From an uncultured Mageeibacillus sp. (GTDB lineage: Bacteria > Bacillota > Clostridia > Saccharofermentanales > DTU023), in NCBI GenBank assembly GCA_964346175.1, contig CAYFTG010000006.1, positions 753-64,752 on the forward strand: a DNA stretch of 64,000 bases, in the 5' to 3' direction. Below, piece after piece: positions 38,876 through 47,573 of the stretch (position 1 is the stretch's first letter; each line of letters opens with the position of its first letter). The notes under the pieces are model-generated. The model ran no database searches. It was given only the letters and a program-made list of their open reading frames with translations, and had not been told where the DNA came from. A program made the position numbers and the translations under genes.

Positions 38876-39400
38876 TTAGAAGGAAAGAAGAGGAATTTCT
38901 TCGCCTCCCCAAGTGCGTGTGCCTTTCAGGTTATCAAATGCGAGGAGACCTGCAATATTGCCTTGGGTGCGTTCAACGCCCATAACGTTGTCGGTGGCAT
39001 TAACTTCCTCTTCAACTTGTTCATTAATGTACCAGTTGAGGAATAAGCGCGCAGCTCTATCGCCATCTTCTTCAGCTTGCTGCGCCATTTTGTCAATTTT
39101 GCTTGTAATAAACTTCTCGTGCTCCAAGGCTGCTTGGAATAAATCTAAGAGCGACTCCCACTCTTTGGGAGCAGTCTGCAGTTGCATCAATTCAACAGGT
39201 TCGCCTCTCATTTTGAGATAGCGGATAAAGCCTTCAGCATGAGCCAGTTCTTCCTTATATTGAATTTCCATCCAATGAGATGCGCCCACCCAGTCGTTCT
39301 GATTGAGCCATTCACTCATGGCCAGATAGATAAAGGCTGAATCATATTCGAGTTTGATCTGTTCGTTAAATAATTGGTTTAATTCTGTGGTCATAATCAT
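38876..39400 (-). CDS. ftn: non-heme ferritin
   Basis: 174 aa. Ferroxidase-centre pattern LNEQIKLEYDSAFIYLAM, EELAHAEGF and ALEHEKFIT. GGAGA lies 7 nt upstream of the ATG. Confidence 0.88.
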   Translation of the reverse strand: MIMTTELNQLFNEQIKLEYDSAFIYLAMSEWLNQNDWVGASHWMEIQYKEELAHAEGFIRYLKMRGEPVELMQLQTAPKEWESLLDLFQAALEHEKFITSKIDKMAQQAEEDGDRAARLFLNWYINEQVEEEVNATDNVMGVERTQGNIAGLLAFDNLKGTRTWGGEEIPLLSF

Positions 39401-39592
39401 TTTTAAATCTCCTTGAAAGTAAAAATTTTATCTTGATATTAAATATAGCTCAAATATTTTTTTGTGCTTAGCTCTGTTACTTGAGTTACATGCCAAAAGT
39501 CTAAAAGTAAATAAAAATTTCCTGCAGAAGCTAATAGAATCTTGTTACTTATGTTAGAGTAATGATGATAGTGCTGGAGGTGGAGCAGACGC

Positions 39593-42019
39593 ATGAGGAT
39601 AACTGAAATTCGTTGCACATGTCCTGTAAGGAAAGATGGTGTGACCGGCAGCGAAGCTGAAAATTTCCCACTTAAGCGTGGCACTACCGTCTTCCATTTT
39701 GACAGCCCTAATGCTGGTATAGAGCCTGCTTTATTAGTTCAATCCGCGTTGTGTTCAAGCGCGACGGCCTTGTCTGATTCCGAGAAGAAAAACTATTTTC
39801 AAGCATTTTATCAGGAACATCTTGCCTCTCTTCCCGCTTCATTCGAAAAGAAGATTGCTGCCGTTGCTGCCGTTCCCAAATTTTCATTCATTTTTAATGA
39901 TGGCGTTTCACAAAAGTTGTTGCCTGCTGTAGATACTAATAAAGAGGACGACTATTTCTTACGCAGATCAGCGGGTGCAGAAGCTAACCTTTTGGGGCAG
40001 CGCCTCGATTGGGTTACGCTCCTAGATGATTCCGTGGATGCTGTGACACAGCGTTCTCATCTCTTCCAGTTAAGAGAACGCTTAGAACTTAGCCGAGAGC
40101 AGTTGGCGGCACCTGTACAAGGTAAGCTCTACCGGACGCGCTCTGATTTGATTGCGATTCTGAAGGAGCCTGCTCTAAATATTGATGTTTCTTCTGTGAA
40201 AAACTCCGACGTCGAAGATGTCCGTAACTTGGAGCGTCGCATCCAGGAACTCAAAGAAAAAGACGACAATCTACGCGAAGAACAACGCATCCTTAGGCTT
40301 TTAGCCATCAAAAATGATTACGAAAACTTGCTGAAACTGCGCCGAGAACTGGAAGAGCTGGAAAGCAATACCACCTATTATGCGCGAGCAATTACAGGTA
40401 AGGGACGTGATATCACCGTTCATGAGTTAACGGTGTTAAGCAGCCTGTTTCAAGATTATCAGGAAAGAGAAGAGAAGGTAGCTGCTCAGCGTGAAGAGGT
40501 GGAAAAAGCGCGGCAGTTACGCCTTGAGTGGGAACAAGAGCGGATATTGGCCGAGTACAAACTCAAGCAGCTGCAGAAGGAATTAGCTGAGCTTGAAGAC
40601 TTAGAAGGCAGTAAACTTCCGGCTCAGAGCGAGCGGGTTGATGTTGCACCAGCTCAGAGTATGAACCCAAATGTCAAAGAGGGGATCGGCTTGAAACATT
40701 TCTTGCTCTTGGGAGCCATGGCTCTAGTTTTTGTAGGGCTCCTGCTTTTTAACAGTAGCAGAAGTATAGCAATTATCGCTTTACTTCTGGCCGGAATCGG
40801 CCTAATAGGCTCAGCATATCTTTTCCTGCGTCCTCGTACTTCGCTGCAAACGCAGCTGAATGAGGTCTTGATCGAAACTCTGCGCAGCCCCGCGCGACAT
40901 CCTGATTACAGCTTATTATCCCGACAGTTTTCCGAGCAAAAAGAACTTTGGCAAACGGCAAAATCCGAAGCAGAACGAATCGCTTCTCATGTTAACAGCA
41001 GTCAAATTGCTCTCCATTCACTGGAAGATAGTCAGCGAAAAACCGGTCAAGAGCTTCTGCGTCAACTGTCCCGTTATGCAGAAATTGATGATTTAAGTGA
41101 TGCCGACCACGTGTTGACTGCACTTCGCAACCAAAGACAGACTGTCACGTCTTATGATGAAGCGGTTTCTGAATTCTTACGTCAGATTGCCGATGTGCGC
41201 AAAGGCAGAACCGATGAAGACATGCTGAGTGAATACGAGAAAGCCTGCGCAGAACTTTACGGTGACCTGCTGACTGCAGATGATATCAGCGGAAGCCAAA
41301 ACCTGAATGTCCGCTCTCAGGCTTTAAAGTTTGATGAAAACCGCGCGCGAAGGATCGAAATCGAAAGAGTGGACTTGGGACAGAGTTTAAGTAGACTTAA
41401 ACAGCAGTTGCAGCAAGCGAAGTCAAGCCTGGAAGGAAAAGAAGAAATTCTCACGCAAGTACCTGCGCTCAAACGGAGGCGAGACTATCTGGAGCAAAAT
41501 TTATGGCAGGAGATCAACGATATCGAACTGTTCGATCTGGCTATAAGCATGCTTGAGCATTTATACGAACTCTGGCGAGACCTTCCCCTAGAACGCGTAC
41601 GCAACTTGACAGTAGAATACAGTAGGCGCCTTCAAGGACTAAAGATGCTTGATCCCGAAGTCAACGACTACATGGTAGAAGAGCAACGTGGCATCCGGAG
41701 AGGGGAACTGGATAGGTTTAAATCAGCTAAGACACGGGAAAAGGAGTTGGCCTTGATTGATAACTCTCCCTCCGATATAGTCTATCTCGCATTCCGCATG
41801 GCATTAATCGACAGCAGCAGTAAGGACCAGGCGCCCCCCTTGTTTATTTTCGATTTACCTTTTCTCAATTCTTTCAGCAGAGTAGGTGAATTCTTAAACT
41901 TGCTGGAAGAACGCATGTTGGGACTTTCCGCACAGTCGGTCCTTTTTACATCTAATAATCTTTTACTAGACGCTGCTGCCGAACGACAGATTCCCATACA
42001 TGAAATTTCATGTTCCTGA
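39593..42019 (+). CDS. YhaN/SbcC-like coiled-coil membrane protein with degenerate Walker A/B motifs
   Basis: 808 aa. SMC-head-like N-terminus MRITEIR...TTVFHFDSPNAGIEPALLVQSAL (GK[ST] replaced by GIE). It has long coiled coils and two central TM helices (LLLGAMALVFVGLLLF / IAIIALLLAGIGLIGSAYLFL). The C-terminal head has LFIFDLPFLNSF in place of hhhhDE. Confidence 0.55.
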   Translation: MRITEIRCTCPVRKDGVTGSEAENFPLKRGTTVFHFDSPNAGIEPALLVQSALCSSATALSDSEKKNYFQAFYQEHLASLPASFEKKIAAVAAVPKFSFIFNDGVSQKLLPAVDTNKEDDYFLRRSAGAEANLLGQRLDWVTLLDDSVDAVTQRSHLFQLRERLELSREQLAAPVQGKLYRTRSDLIAILKEPALNIDVSSVKNSDVEDVRNLERRIQELKEKDDNLREEQRILRLLAIKNDYENLLKLRRELEELESNTTYYARAITGKGRDITVHELTVLSSLFQDYQEREEKVAAQREEVEKARQLRLEWEQERILAEYKLKQLQKELAELEDLEGSKLPAQSERVDVAPAQSMNPNVKEGIGLKHFLLLGAMALVFVGLLLFNSSRSIAIIALLLAGIGLIGSAYLFLRPRTSLQTQLNEVLIETLRSPARHPDYSLLSRQFSEQKELWQTAKSEAERIASHVNSSQIALHSLEDSQRKTGQELLRQLSRYAEIDDLSDADHVLTALRNQRQTVTSYDEAVSEFLRQIADVRKGRTDEDMLSEYEKACAELYGDLLTADDISGSQNLNVRSQALKFDENRARRIEIERVDLGQSLSRLKQQLQQAKSSLEGKEEILTQVPALKRRRDYLEQNLWQEINDIELFDLAISMLEHLYELWRDLPLERVRNLTVEYSRRLQGLKMLDPEVNDYMVEEQRGIRRGELDRFKSAKTREKELALIDNSPSDIVYLAFRMALIDSSSKDQAPPLFIFDLPFLNSFSRVGEFLNLLEERMLGLSAQSVLFTSNNLLLDAAAERQIPIHEISCS

Positions 42020-42097
42020 ATTAGTTAACGTACAAAGAAAACTTTGTAAAAAATAGAAAAACACATACTATGCAAAATATGGAGGAGGTTTTTTTGG

Positions 42098-43147
42098 ATG
42101 AGTCAAACAATGTATGCACTGGTAAAGCCGGAGCGCAAATCCGGCCTTGAGCTGCGAGAGGTTCCGATACCTGAATGCAGCCCAATTGATGTGAAAATTA
42201 AAATTAGAAAAACAGCTATATGTGGTACAGATCTCCATATTTATAACTGGGATGAATGGTCGCAGAGGAATATCGCGCCACCACTCGTGATCGGCCACGA
42301 ATATGTCGGAGAGGTGGTCGAGGTCGGCTCTATGGTCTCGACAATAGAAGTAGGCGATCTGGTTTCAGGTGAGGGGCATATAGTCTGCGGCGTGTGTCGC
42401 AATTGCCGAGCCGGACGCCGTGTGCTGTGCCCTAATACCAAAGGAGTCGGTGTAAATCGCGACGGTGCCTTTGCGGAGTACATAGTAATTCCGGAGCAAA
42501 ACGTAGTGAAGATTCTTCCCGGAGTTCCCGAAGACATAGTCGCTATGTTTGATCCCTTCGGCAATGCCGTCTACACAGCTCTCATGTTCCCCTTGGTCGG
42601 TGAAGATGTCCTAGTCACAGGTGCCGGGCCGATCGGGATTATGACAGCGGCAGTGGCACGTTTTTGCGGGGCCAGAAATGTCGTTTTGACAGACATTATG
42701 CCGGAACGACTCGAATTAGCACATGAAGTTGTGCCTGATATTAGAACCGTTGATACAAGCAAGGAAGACCTGAAAAGCCTCATGCCGGAACTTAGGATGA
42801 TGGAAGGTTTTGATATCGGTCTTGAAATGTCAGGGTCCGCCATAGCTTTGAACGAAATGATCGAAACCATGATTACGGGCGGTAAAATTGCCATGCTGGG
42901 CTTTCAAAAGGCAAATACTACCATCGATTGGAATAAAGTCGTGATGGGAAGCCTTACTATTCGAGGGGTTTACGGGCGTGACATGTTTGAAACGTGGTAC
43001 AAGATGATGGCTTTAGTACAAGCTGGCCTCGATCTGTCGCCACTAATTACACACCGTTTCGATTTCCGCGATTATGAAAAAGGCTTCGCCGCCATGAACA
43101 GTGGTAAGTCGGGCAAGGTCTTACTCGATTGGACTAACGCCAGATAA
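42098..43147 (+). CDS. tdh: L-threonine 3-dehydrogenase
   Basis: 349 aa zinc-dependent [23 protein letters not shown], the structural zinc cysteines [15 protein letters not shown] and the GAGPIG NAD fold. It is paired with kbl. Confidence 0.9.
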   Translation: MSQTMYALVKPERKSGLELREVPIPECSPIDVKIKIRKTAICGTDLHIYNWDEWSQRNIAPPLVIGHEYVGEVVEVGSMVSTIEVGDLVSGEGHIVCGVCRNCRAGRRVLCPNTKGVGVNRDGAFAEYIVIPEQNVVKILPGVPEDIVAMFDPFGNAVYTALMFPLVGEDVLVTGAGPIGIMTAAVARFCGARNVVLTDIMPERLELAHEVVPDIRTVDTSKEDLKSLMPELRMMEGFDIGLEMSGSAIALNEMIETMITGGKIAMLGFQKANTTIDWNKVVMGSLTIRGVYGRDMFETWYKMMALVQAGLDLSPLITHRFDFRDYEKGFAAMNSGKSGKVLLDWTNAR

Positions 43148-43175
43148 GATTCAGAATAATGTGAAAGGATTTCTT

Positions 43176-44363
43176 ATGAAAAAGGGATTAAAAATAATTC
43201 AAGATAATTTAAATGAACTGAAGGCATCCGGCCTCTACAGTGAAGAGCGCATTTTGACTGTGCCGCAAGGCAGCGTGATCGACACAACTGAAACTAAGGG
43301 TGTCATTAATATGTGTGCCAACAACTATCTCGGTTTGTCGAACGATCCCGAGTTAGTGCAAGCCGCTAAGGAGAGTTACGATCGCTGGGGCTACGGCTTG
43401 TCGTCAGTACGCTTTATCTGCGGTACTCAGGTACAGCATAAAGAGCTGGAAGCAGAATTGGCGAAATTCTTCGGTTTCGAAGACAGCATTCTCTATTCAT
43501 CTTGCTTCGATGCTAATGGCGGCCTGTTTGGCACCTTGCTCACCGAAGAAGATGCGATAATTTCCGACGAGCTCAATCATGCCAGCATTATTGACGGCGT
43601 TAGACTCTCGAAGGCTAAACGCTATCGCTATAACAATAACGATATGGAGCATTTGGAAGAGTGTTTACAAGAGGCAGAGGCTGATGGAGCCCGTATTAAG
43701 TTAATTGCCACGGATGGAGTTTTCTCAATGGACGGCATCATCGCGGACTTAAAATCGATCTGCGATCTGGCGGACAAGTACGATGCTTTGGTGATGGTGG
43801 ATGACTCACACGCCTCAGGCTTTATTGGTAAGAAGGGGAGAGGCACTCCTGAATTCTGTGATGTCTTGGGACGGATTGATATCATGACCAGTACTCTCGG
43901 AAAAGCAATGGGTGGAGCGTCCGGAGGTTTCACGCTGGCGAATAAGGATACCGTAGCCTGGCTCAGACAAAAGAGTCGCCCCTATCTTTTCTCTAATACC
44001 CTCTCGCCGGCAATCGTCGCCACTTCCTTGAAAGTCTTAGAAATGATTCAACGCGACAGCTTCCTCATCGATCGTGTCAATGCGAATACAGAATATTTCC
44101 GTAAGGAGATCGTGGCTTTGGGCTTGGACGTTATTGAAGGGAGCCATCCCATTGTCCCCGTGATGGTTTATGACGCGAAAAAGGCCTTAGATGTCGCCGA
44201 ATTCATGTTGGAGAAGGGCATCTATGTCGTGGCTTTCAAGTATCCGGTAGTTCCGGAGGGATTGGCTCGAATTCGCTGCCAGATTTCAGCAGCTCACAGT
44301 AAGGAAGAGCTCGACACCGCCTTGGCAGCCTTTGCCGAAGCAAAGAAAGAATTTGATCTCTAG
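43176..44363 (+). CDS. kbl: glycine C-acetyltransferase (2-amino-3-ketobutyrate CoA ligase)
   Basis: 395 aa PLP enzyme. [14 protein letters not shown] and STLGKAMGG (PLP lysine). The start is at the ATG at 43176, after the tdh stop. Confidence 0.9.
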   Translation: MKKGLKIIQDNLNELKASGLYSEERILTVPQGSVIDTTETKGVINMCANNYLGLSNDPELVQAAKESYDRWGYGLSSVRFICGTQVQHKELEAELAKFFGFEDSILYSSCFDANGGLFGTLLTEEDAIISDELNHASIIDGVRLSKAKRYRYNNNDMEHLEECLQEAEADGARIKLIATDGVFSMDGIIADLKSICDLADKYDALVMVDDSHASGFIGKKGRGTPEFCDVLGRIDIMTSTLGKAMGGASGGFTLANKDTVAWLRQKSRPYLFSNTLSPAIVATSLKVLEMIQRDSFLIDRVNANTEYFRKEIVALGLDVIEGSHPIVPVMVYDAKKALDVAEFMLEKGIYVVAFKYPVVPEGLARIRCQISAAHSKEELDTALAAFAEAKKEFDL

Positions 44364-44385
44364 GCTCTGAACTAAGCGCTAAAAA

Positions 44386-44422
44386 CAAAAAGCTCCTAAG
44401 CACTTCGGCTAGGAGCTTTTTG
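44386..44422. terminator. bidirectional rho-independent terminator between kbl and the rubrerythrin operon
   Basis: Perfect 8-bp stem AGCTCCTA/TAGGAGCT flanked by AAAAA on the left and TTTTT on the right, between convergent genes. Confidence 0.8.
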
Positions 44423-44443
44423 CTACTAAAATAATCTTCAGAT

Positions 44444-45445
44444 TTAGTATTTAATAAATTTTTCACCAAGAGCATTACAGATGAAGCATTTGTCAGGCCT
44501 TACCTTCTCGATATTGCCGCAAACGGGGCAGAGGTAATAGAAGATTTCTTCATCTTCCTCTTTGTCCAGATTGTCCAAGAGTTCCTGATACAAACCGGCG
44601 TGAACTTCCTCGGCTTTCATTGCGTAGGTAAAAGACCTTGCTGCCGCGGTATTGCCCTCAGCTTCAGCCTGTTCAACATAAGGCGGGTACATGCTGGTGT
44701 ACTCGTAAGTTTCGCCTTCAACGCCGTCTTTGAGGTTCTCGGCAATAGTGCCGACTTTGCCCGCGACTTCAAAATGCCTGATCGCATGGATGGTTTCGGC
44801 ATCAGCAGCTGCACGGAAAAGCTTGGCGGCATTTGCATAGCCGTCTTTCTCGGCCTTCTTAGCGTAGGCTGTGTACTTTCTGTTTGCTTCTGATTCACCT
44901 GTAAAGGCGGTCATTAAATTGTCTACTGTTGATGGTTTTTCACTCATTGATTGTTCCTCCTCGTATTTTTCATGATATTTATCATGTTTCTTTATAAGTT
45001 TTTCGACTGTTTCGCGCGGAAAATCTTCCGCTTGTTCTTGCTCTAAGAGCGATTGCAAAAATAATTTTGTGTTGTCACTTTGGGGCAAGAGAAAACCTGA
45101 CTCACGCAGGAGTTCTTCCGCCATGATGTGATTGGCTCTCTCCAGCGCAGCGGCCAGTTTGCCCGGCAAAGCTGCCGCAATATTCTCTTGCTGAGATTTG
45201 CTGCGCAACAATTTGTGCAGTGCATTGACTACATTATCTTCTACTTCCTGTTGTTCGGGATAAAAATGCGGCACCATAGAAATCGCACCGGAAGGGCAAG
45301 CATCAGCACAATCGCCGCAACCGATGCAGGTGTCTACATCAATGATACTGTTTTCCGTATCAGTAGCGCCTGTAGGGCAGACATAAAGACATAAGCAGTC
45401 TTTCGTGCACAGTCTGATATTTCTTACTGCATATTTTTCTGACAT
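44444..45445 (-). CDS. ferredoxin-rubrerythrin fusion protein (2x[4Fe-4S] domain + diiron four-helix bundle + C-terminal rubredoxin-like CxxC pair)
   Basis: 333 aa. The N-terminus has CTKDCLCLYVCP and CIGCGDCADACP. The middle has FTGESEANRKYTAYAKKAEKDGY...ETIHA and EGETYEYTSMYP...MKAEEVHA (ExxH diiron motifs). The C-terminus has CPVCG...CFICN. Confidence 0.8.
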   Translation of the reverse strand: MSEKYAVRNIRLCTKDCLCLYVCPTGATDTENSIIDVDTCIGCGDCADACPSGAISMVPHFYPEQQEVEDNVVNALHKLLRSKSQQENIAAALPGKLAAALERANHIMAEELLRESGFLLPQSDNTKLFLQSLLEQEQAEDFPRETVEKLIKKHDKYHEKYEEEQSMSEKPSTVDNLMTAFTGESEANRKYTAYAKKAEKDGYANAAKLFRAAADAETIHAIRHFEVAGKVGTIAENLKDGVEGETYEYTSMYPPYVEQAEAEGNTAAARSFTYAMKAEEVHAGLYQELLDNLDKEEDEEIFYYLCPVCGNIEKVRPDKCFICNALGEKFIKY

Positions 45446-45449
45446 TTTT

Positions 45450-46097
45450 CTACCTCGCCTCTACCAAGTCAAATTTCCAATTGGGTACTTTGCAGACAGG
45501 GCACACTTCCGGCAGATTATCCCCCAGATAAACAAAACCGCAAATCGTGCAGACATAGACATCAGTGTCTTCGACCAGTGCATCGCCCTGAACTTCATAG
45601 CGAGAGAGCAGTGACTTAACTATGCGGCTGACCTTCTCGGTCCAAACAAGCGCTCGTAAAGCTCCTCTGTCTCCTGCTTCTGTCGCAAGCTTGTTCGCGT
45701 TGGGAAAATCTTCTTCCAAATCAACCGTCAATAGATCCTGCATCTTTGCATATGAAGGATCTTCTTCGGGTGCAGCCACGCCTTTAAAGTAGTCAGAAAG
45801 CTGCTTGAAGGCATCCGCCTCTTCAGTCTGATACTGTTTCTCGTAGCCACGTGCCAGATTCGAGCATAGCGCACTCATCTCACGGGCAGTGTAGTCTGTG
45901 GAAATCTCCTGATAAACAGCAGAATCCTTTTGTGTCCGGATCTCTTTCTCCTCTTCAGCCAGAGCTTCTCCCGAGGCTTCAAACTCGAATTTCATTGCGC
46001 CGCACAGTGGACAGGCCCAGTTATTCGGTAGATCTTCCCATGGCCCGTCAGCTCCATCATAGATGTAACCGCAAACGGTACATACATAACTCACCAT
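45450..46097 (-). CDS. protein with N- and C-terminal rubredoxin-type CxxC domains flanking a helical domain that lacks ExxH motifs
   Basis: 215 aa. [12 protein letters not shown]...WACPLCGA (rubredoxin) and [10 protein letters not shown]...CPVCKVP. No diiron ExxH is visible in the central domain. Confidence 0.65.
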   Translation of the reverse strand: MVSYVCTVCGYIYDGADGPWEDLPNNWACPLCGAMKFEFEASGEALAEEEKEIRTQKDSAVYQEISTDYTAREMSALCSNLARGYEKQYQTEEADAFKQLSDYFKGVAAPEEDPSYAKMQDLLTVDLEEDFPNANKLATEAGDRGALRALVWTEKVSRIVKSLLSRYEVQGDALVEDTDVYVCTICGFVYLGDNLPEVCPVCKVPNWKFDLVEAR

Positions 46098-46115
46098 TAA
46101 TTACCTCCTATATAT

Positions 46116-46541
46116 TTATTTTTCAGAGTAGCTTCCCCCAGATTCCAAACAGTTCGGACAAAGTCCTCTGAAATATACGTCTTTTTCTCTTATCTCAAAA
46201 TTAGCGAGATCGCTCGATTTTATCTCATCTACGTTAAGGTTGAAGTCGAAAATTTTATTACAGGAGGTGCATTTGAAATGTCCATGATCGTCACTAATAA
46301 TTTCGTAGCGCTTTTCGTTTTCCTCAATGGTTAAAACATTGACCAAGCCGACCTTTTCCAGTAAGTGTAGAGTGTTATAAACTGTGGCTTTGGATAGACT
46401 TGGGATGTCTTCTTGAAGTTCAACATAAATATCATCCACACTGGGATGGACCCGGTTTTGGACGAGAAATTCTAGCACCTTAAGCCTCGGGTGAGAGAGG
46501 CGAATGTTTTTATCTTGTAATTTTTGTATTAATTCTTCCAT
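46116..46541 (-). CDS. perR: Fur-family peroxide-responsive repressor
   Basis: 141 aa. Winged helix (ATVYNTLHLLEKVGLV), metal sites DHGHFKCTSC and CPNC. It is the first gene of an operon with rubredoxin and rubrerythrin genes. Confidence 0.8.
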   Translation of the reverse strand: MEELIQKLQDKNIRLSHPRLKVLEFLVQNRVHPSVDDIYVELQEDIPSLSKATVYNTLHLLEKVGLVNVLTIEENEKRYEIISDDHGHFKCTSCNKIFDFNLNVDEIKSSDLANFEIREKDVYFRGLCPNCLESGGSYSEK

Positions 46542-46587
46542 AATTATTGCTCACAATTAGTATTCAGGATAAATGAGTTAATATTTG

Positions 46588-46602
46588 TAATGATTCTAAT
46601 TA
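46588..46602. promoter_or_regulatory. candidate Fur/PerR-type 7-1-7 operator TAATGATTCTAATTA
   Basis: Imperfect inverted repeat 47-61 nt upstream of the perR start. About 9 of 14 positions match the TTATAATnATTATAA Per-box consensus. Confidence 0.25.
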
Positions 46603-46792
46603 TGTATACAGTATTAATATATAACAATGAACGGAGAGAATCAAGTGAATTTTAAGTATTTTGTGTAATTTTGTTTGCGTTAAGGACAAGACGAGGATGC
46701 AGTGAAGGTCAGAGTAATAATAGTTGATTCTGCTAGAATAAAATAAGCAGGTAATTCGCGTAGAGATTTGACCGAGAAAGAAAGGAGTAACA

Positions 46793-47044
46793 ATGCAGGC
46801 TTATTTGAAAACGATCAGAGACGCCATGATAATTGATGGAAACAATATTTCCTTCCAATACATGAGAAAAATCTGCGGCATTTTCTCCACAGTTACAGAA
46901 GGCGTGTTTTCGTTTACTTCGCGGTTCGGCGACTTAACCAAAGATTACTCCAATATTGATGATGCGCTAACTGATGATTTTTTCGGTGGTAATTCCATTG
47001 CAGAATTAGTTGCTGATAAGGGTATTCGAATAGAATATCATTAG
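46793..47044 (+). CDS. hypothetical 83-aa protein (possible barstar-like immunity fold)
   Basis: AAAGGAG SD. The segments IIDGNNISF and LTKDYSNIDDALTDDFFG loosely parallel barstar INGEQIRS and LPEYYGENLDALWDCLTG. It lies in an AT-rich region next to tRNA-Lys. Confidence 0.4.
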   Translation: MQAYLKTIRDAMIIDGNNISFQYMRKICGIFSTVTEGVFSFTSRFGDLTKDYSNIDDALTDDFFGGNSIAELVADKGIRIEYH

Positions 47045-47191
47045 TGTTACAAGGAAAGTAATGAAGCTCAAAAATCCCCTGGTGGGTGTTTTCTTGGGGA
47101 AAAATCTAGGAGACTCGGATACTTTTTTCCTAACTTGAAAGGGGACAAGTAATGATTTACATTCTCTATGGATTCTGAGATGGATATCGTA

Positions 47192-47229
47192 GCAAAAAGC
47201 CCCCAAAACCTTGTCGTTTCAGGGGCTTT
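47192..47229 (-). terminator. rho-independent terminator after tRNA-Lys
   Basis: Minus-strand AAAGCCCC/GGGGCTTT stem followed by TTGCT; the stem 3' arm itself supplies the U-run. Confidence 0.55.
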
Positions 47230-47233
47230 ACGT

Positions 47234-47309
47234 TGGTACACCATTAGGGATTCGAACCCTAGACCTACTGATTAAGAGTCAGTTGCTCTACCGACTGAGC
47301 TAATGGTGC
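47234..47309 (-). tRNA. tRNA-Lys (anticodon CTT), CCA encoded
   Basis: Reverse-complement cloverleaf: acceptor GCACCAT/ATGGTGT, anticodon stem ACTGA/TCAGT with loop CTCTTAA, T-arm TAGGG-TTCGAAT-CCCTA. 76 nt. Confidence 0.9.
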
Positions 47310-47325
47310 GTTTGAGTACTCAGAG

Positions 47326-47355
47326 ATTATAGGAGTAAATTAATGCATTTGTCAA
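47326..47355 (-). promoter_or_regulatory. consensus sigma-A promoter for tRNA-Lys (-35 TTGACA, 18 nt, -10 TATAAT)
   Basis: Minus-strand TTGACA (47355-47350) and TATAAT (47331-47326), 16 nt upstream of the tRNA 5' end. Confidence 0.7.
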
Positions 47356-47573
47356 CAGTAAAAAATAAAGGAGTCATTAGACGCTGCTAAAGTCAAAGCG
47401 TCATTAATTTACATTAAAACTAATATTTGATGAGCTGATTCTTGCAGCAGTTCTAATCATTTGATAATATAGGCGCATCGTCGACTTAGCGAGAGAGGAA
47501 AATATATTTACAGTGAAGGTCACTGTTGCCTTTGAGGCAAAATATTTCCTGCAACACTTAGGAGGTATAATCC

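Noticed and set aside
39555-39578. Fur-box-like AGTAATGATGATAGTG between the ferritin gene and the YhaN-like gene.
   Set aside because: Only about half of the 19-bp Fur consensus matches, and the site sits in AT-rich DNA about 160 nt from the ferritin start. It cannot be distinguished from chance without a PWM score.
47063-47140. 25-codon ORF (MKLKNPLVGVFLGKNLGDSDTFFLT) downstream of the 83-aa ORF.
   Set aside because: It is very short, has a weak SD, and I cannot assess its conservation. There is not enough evidence to call it a gene.
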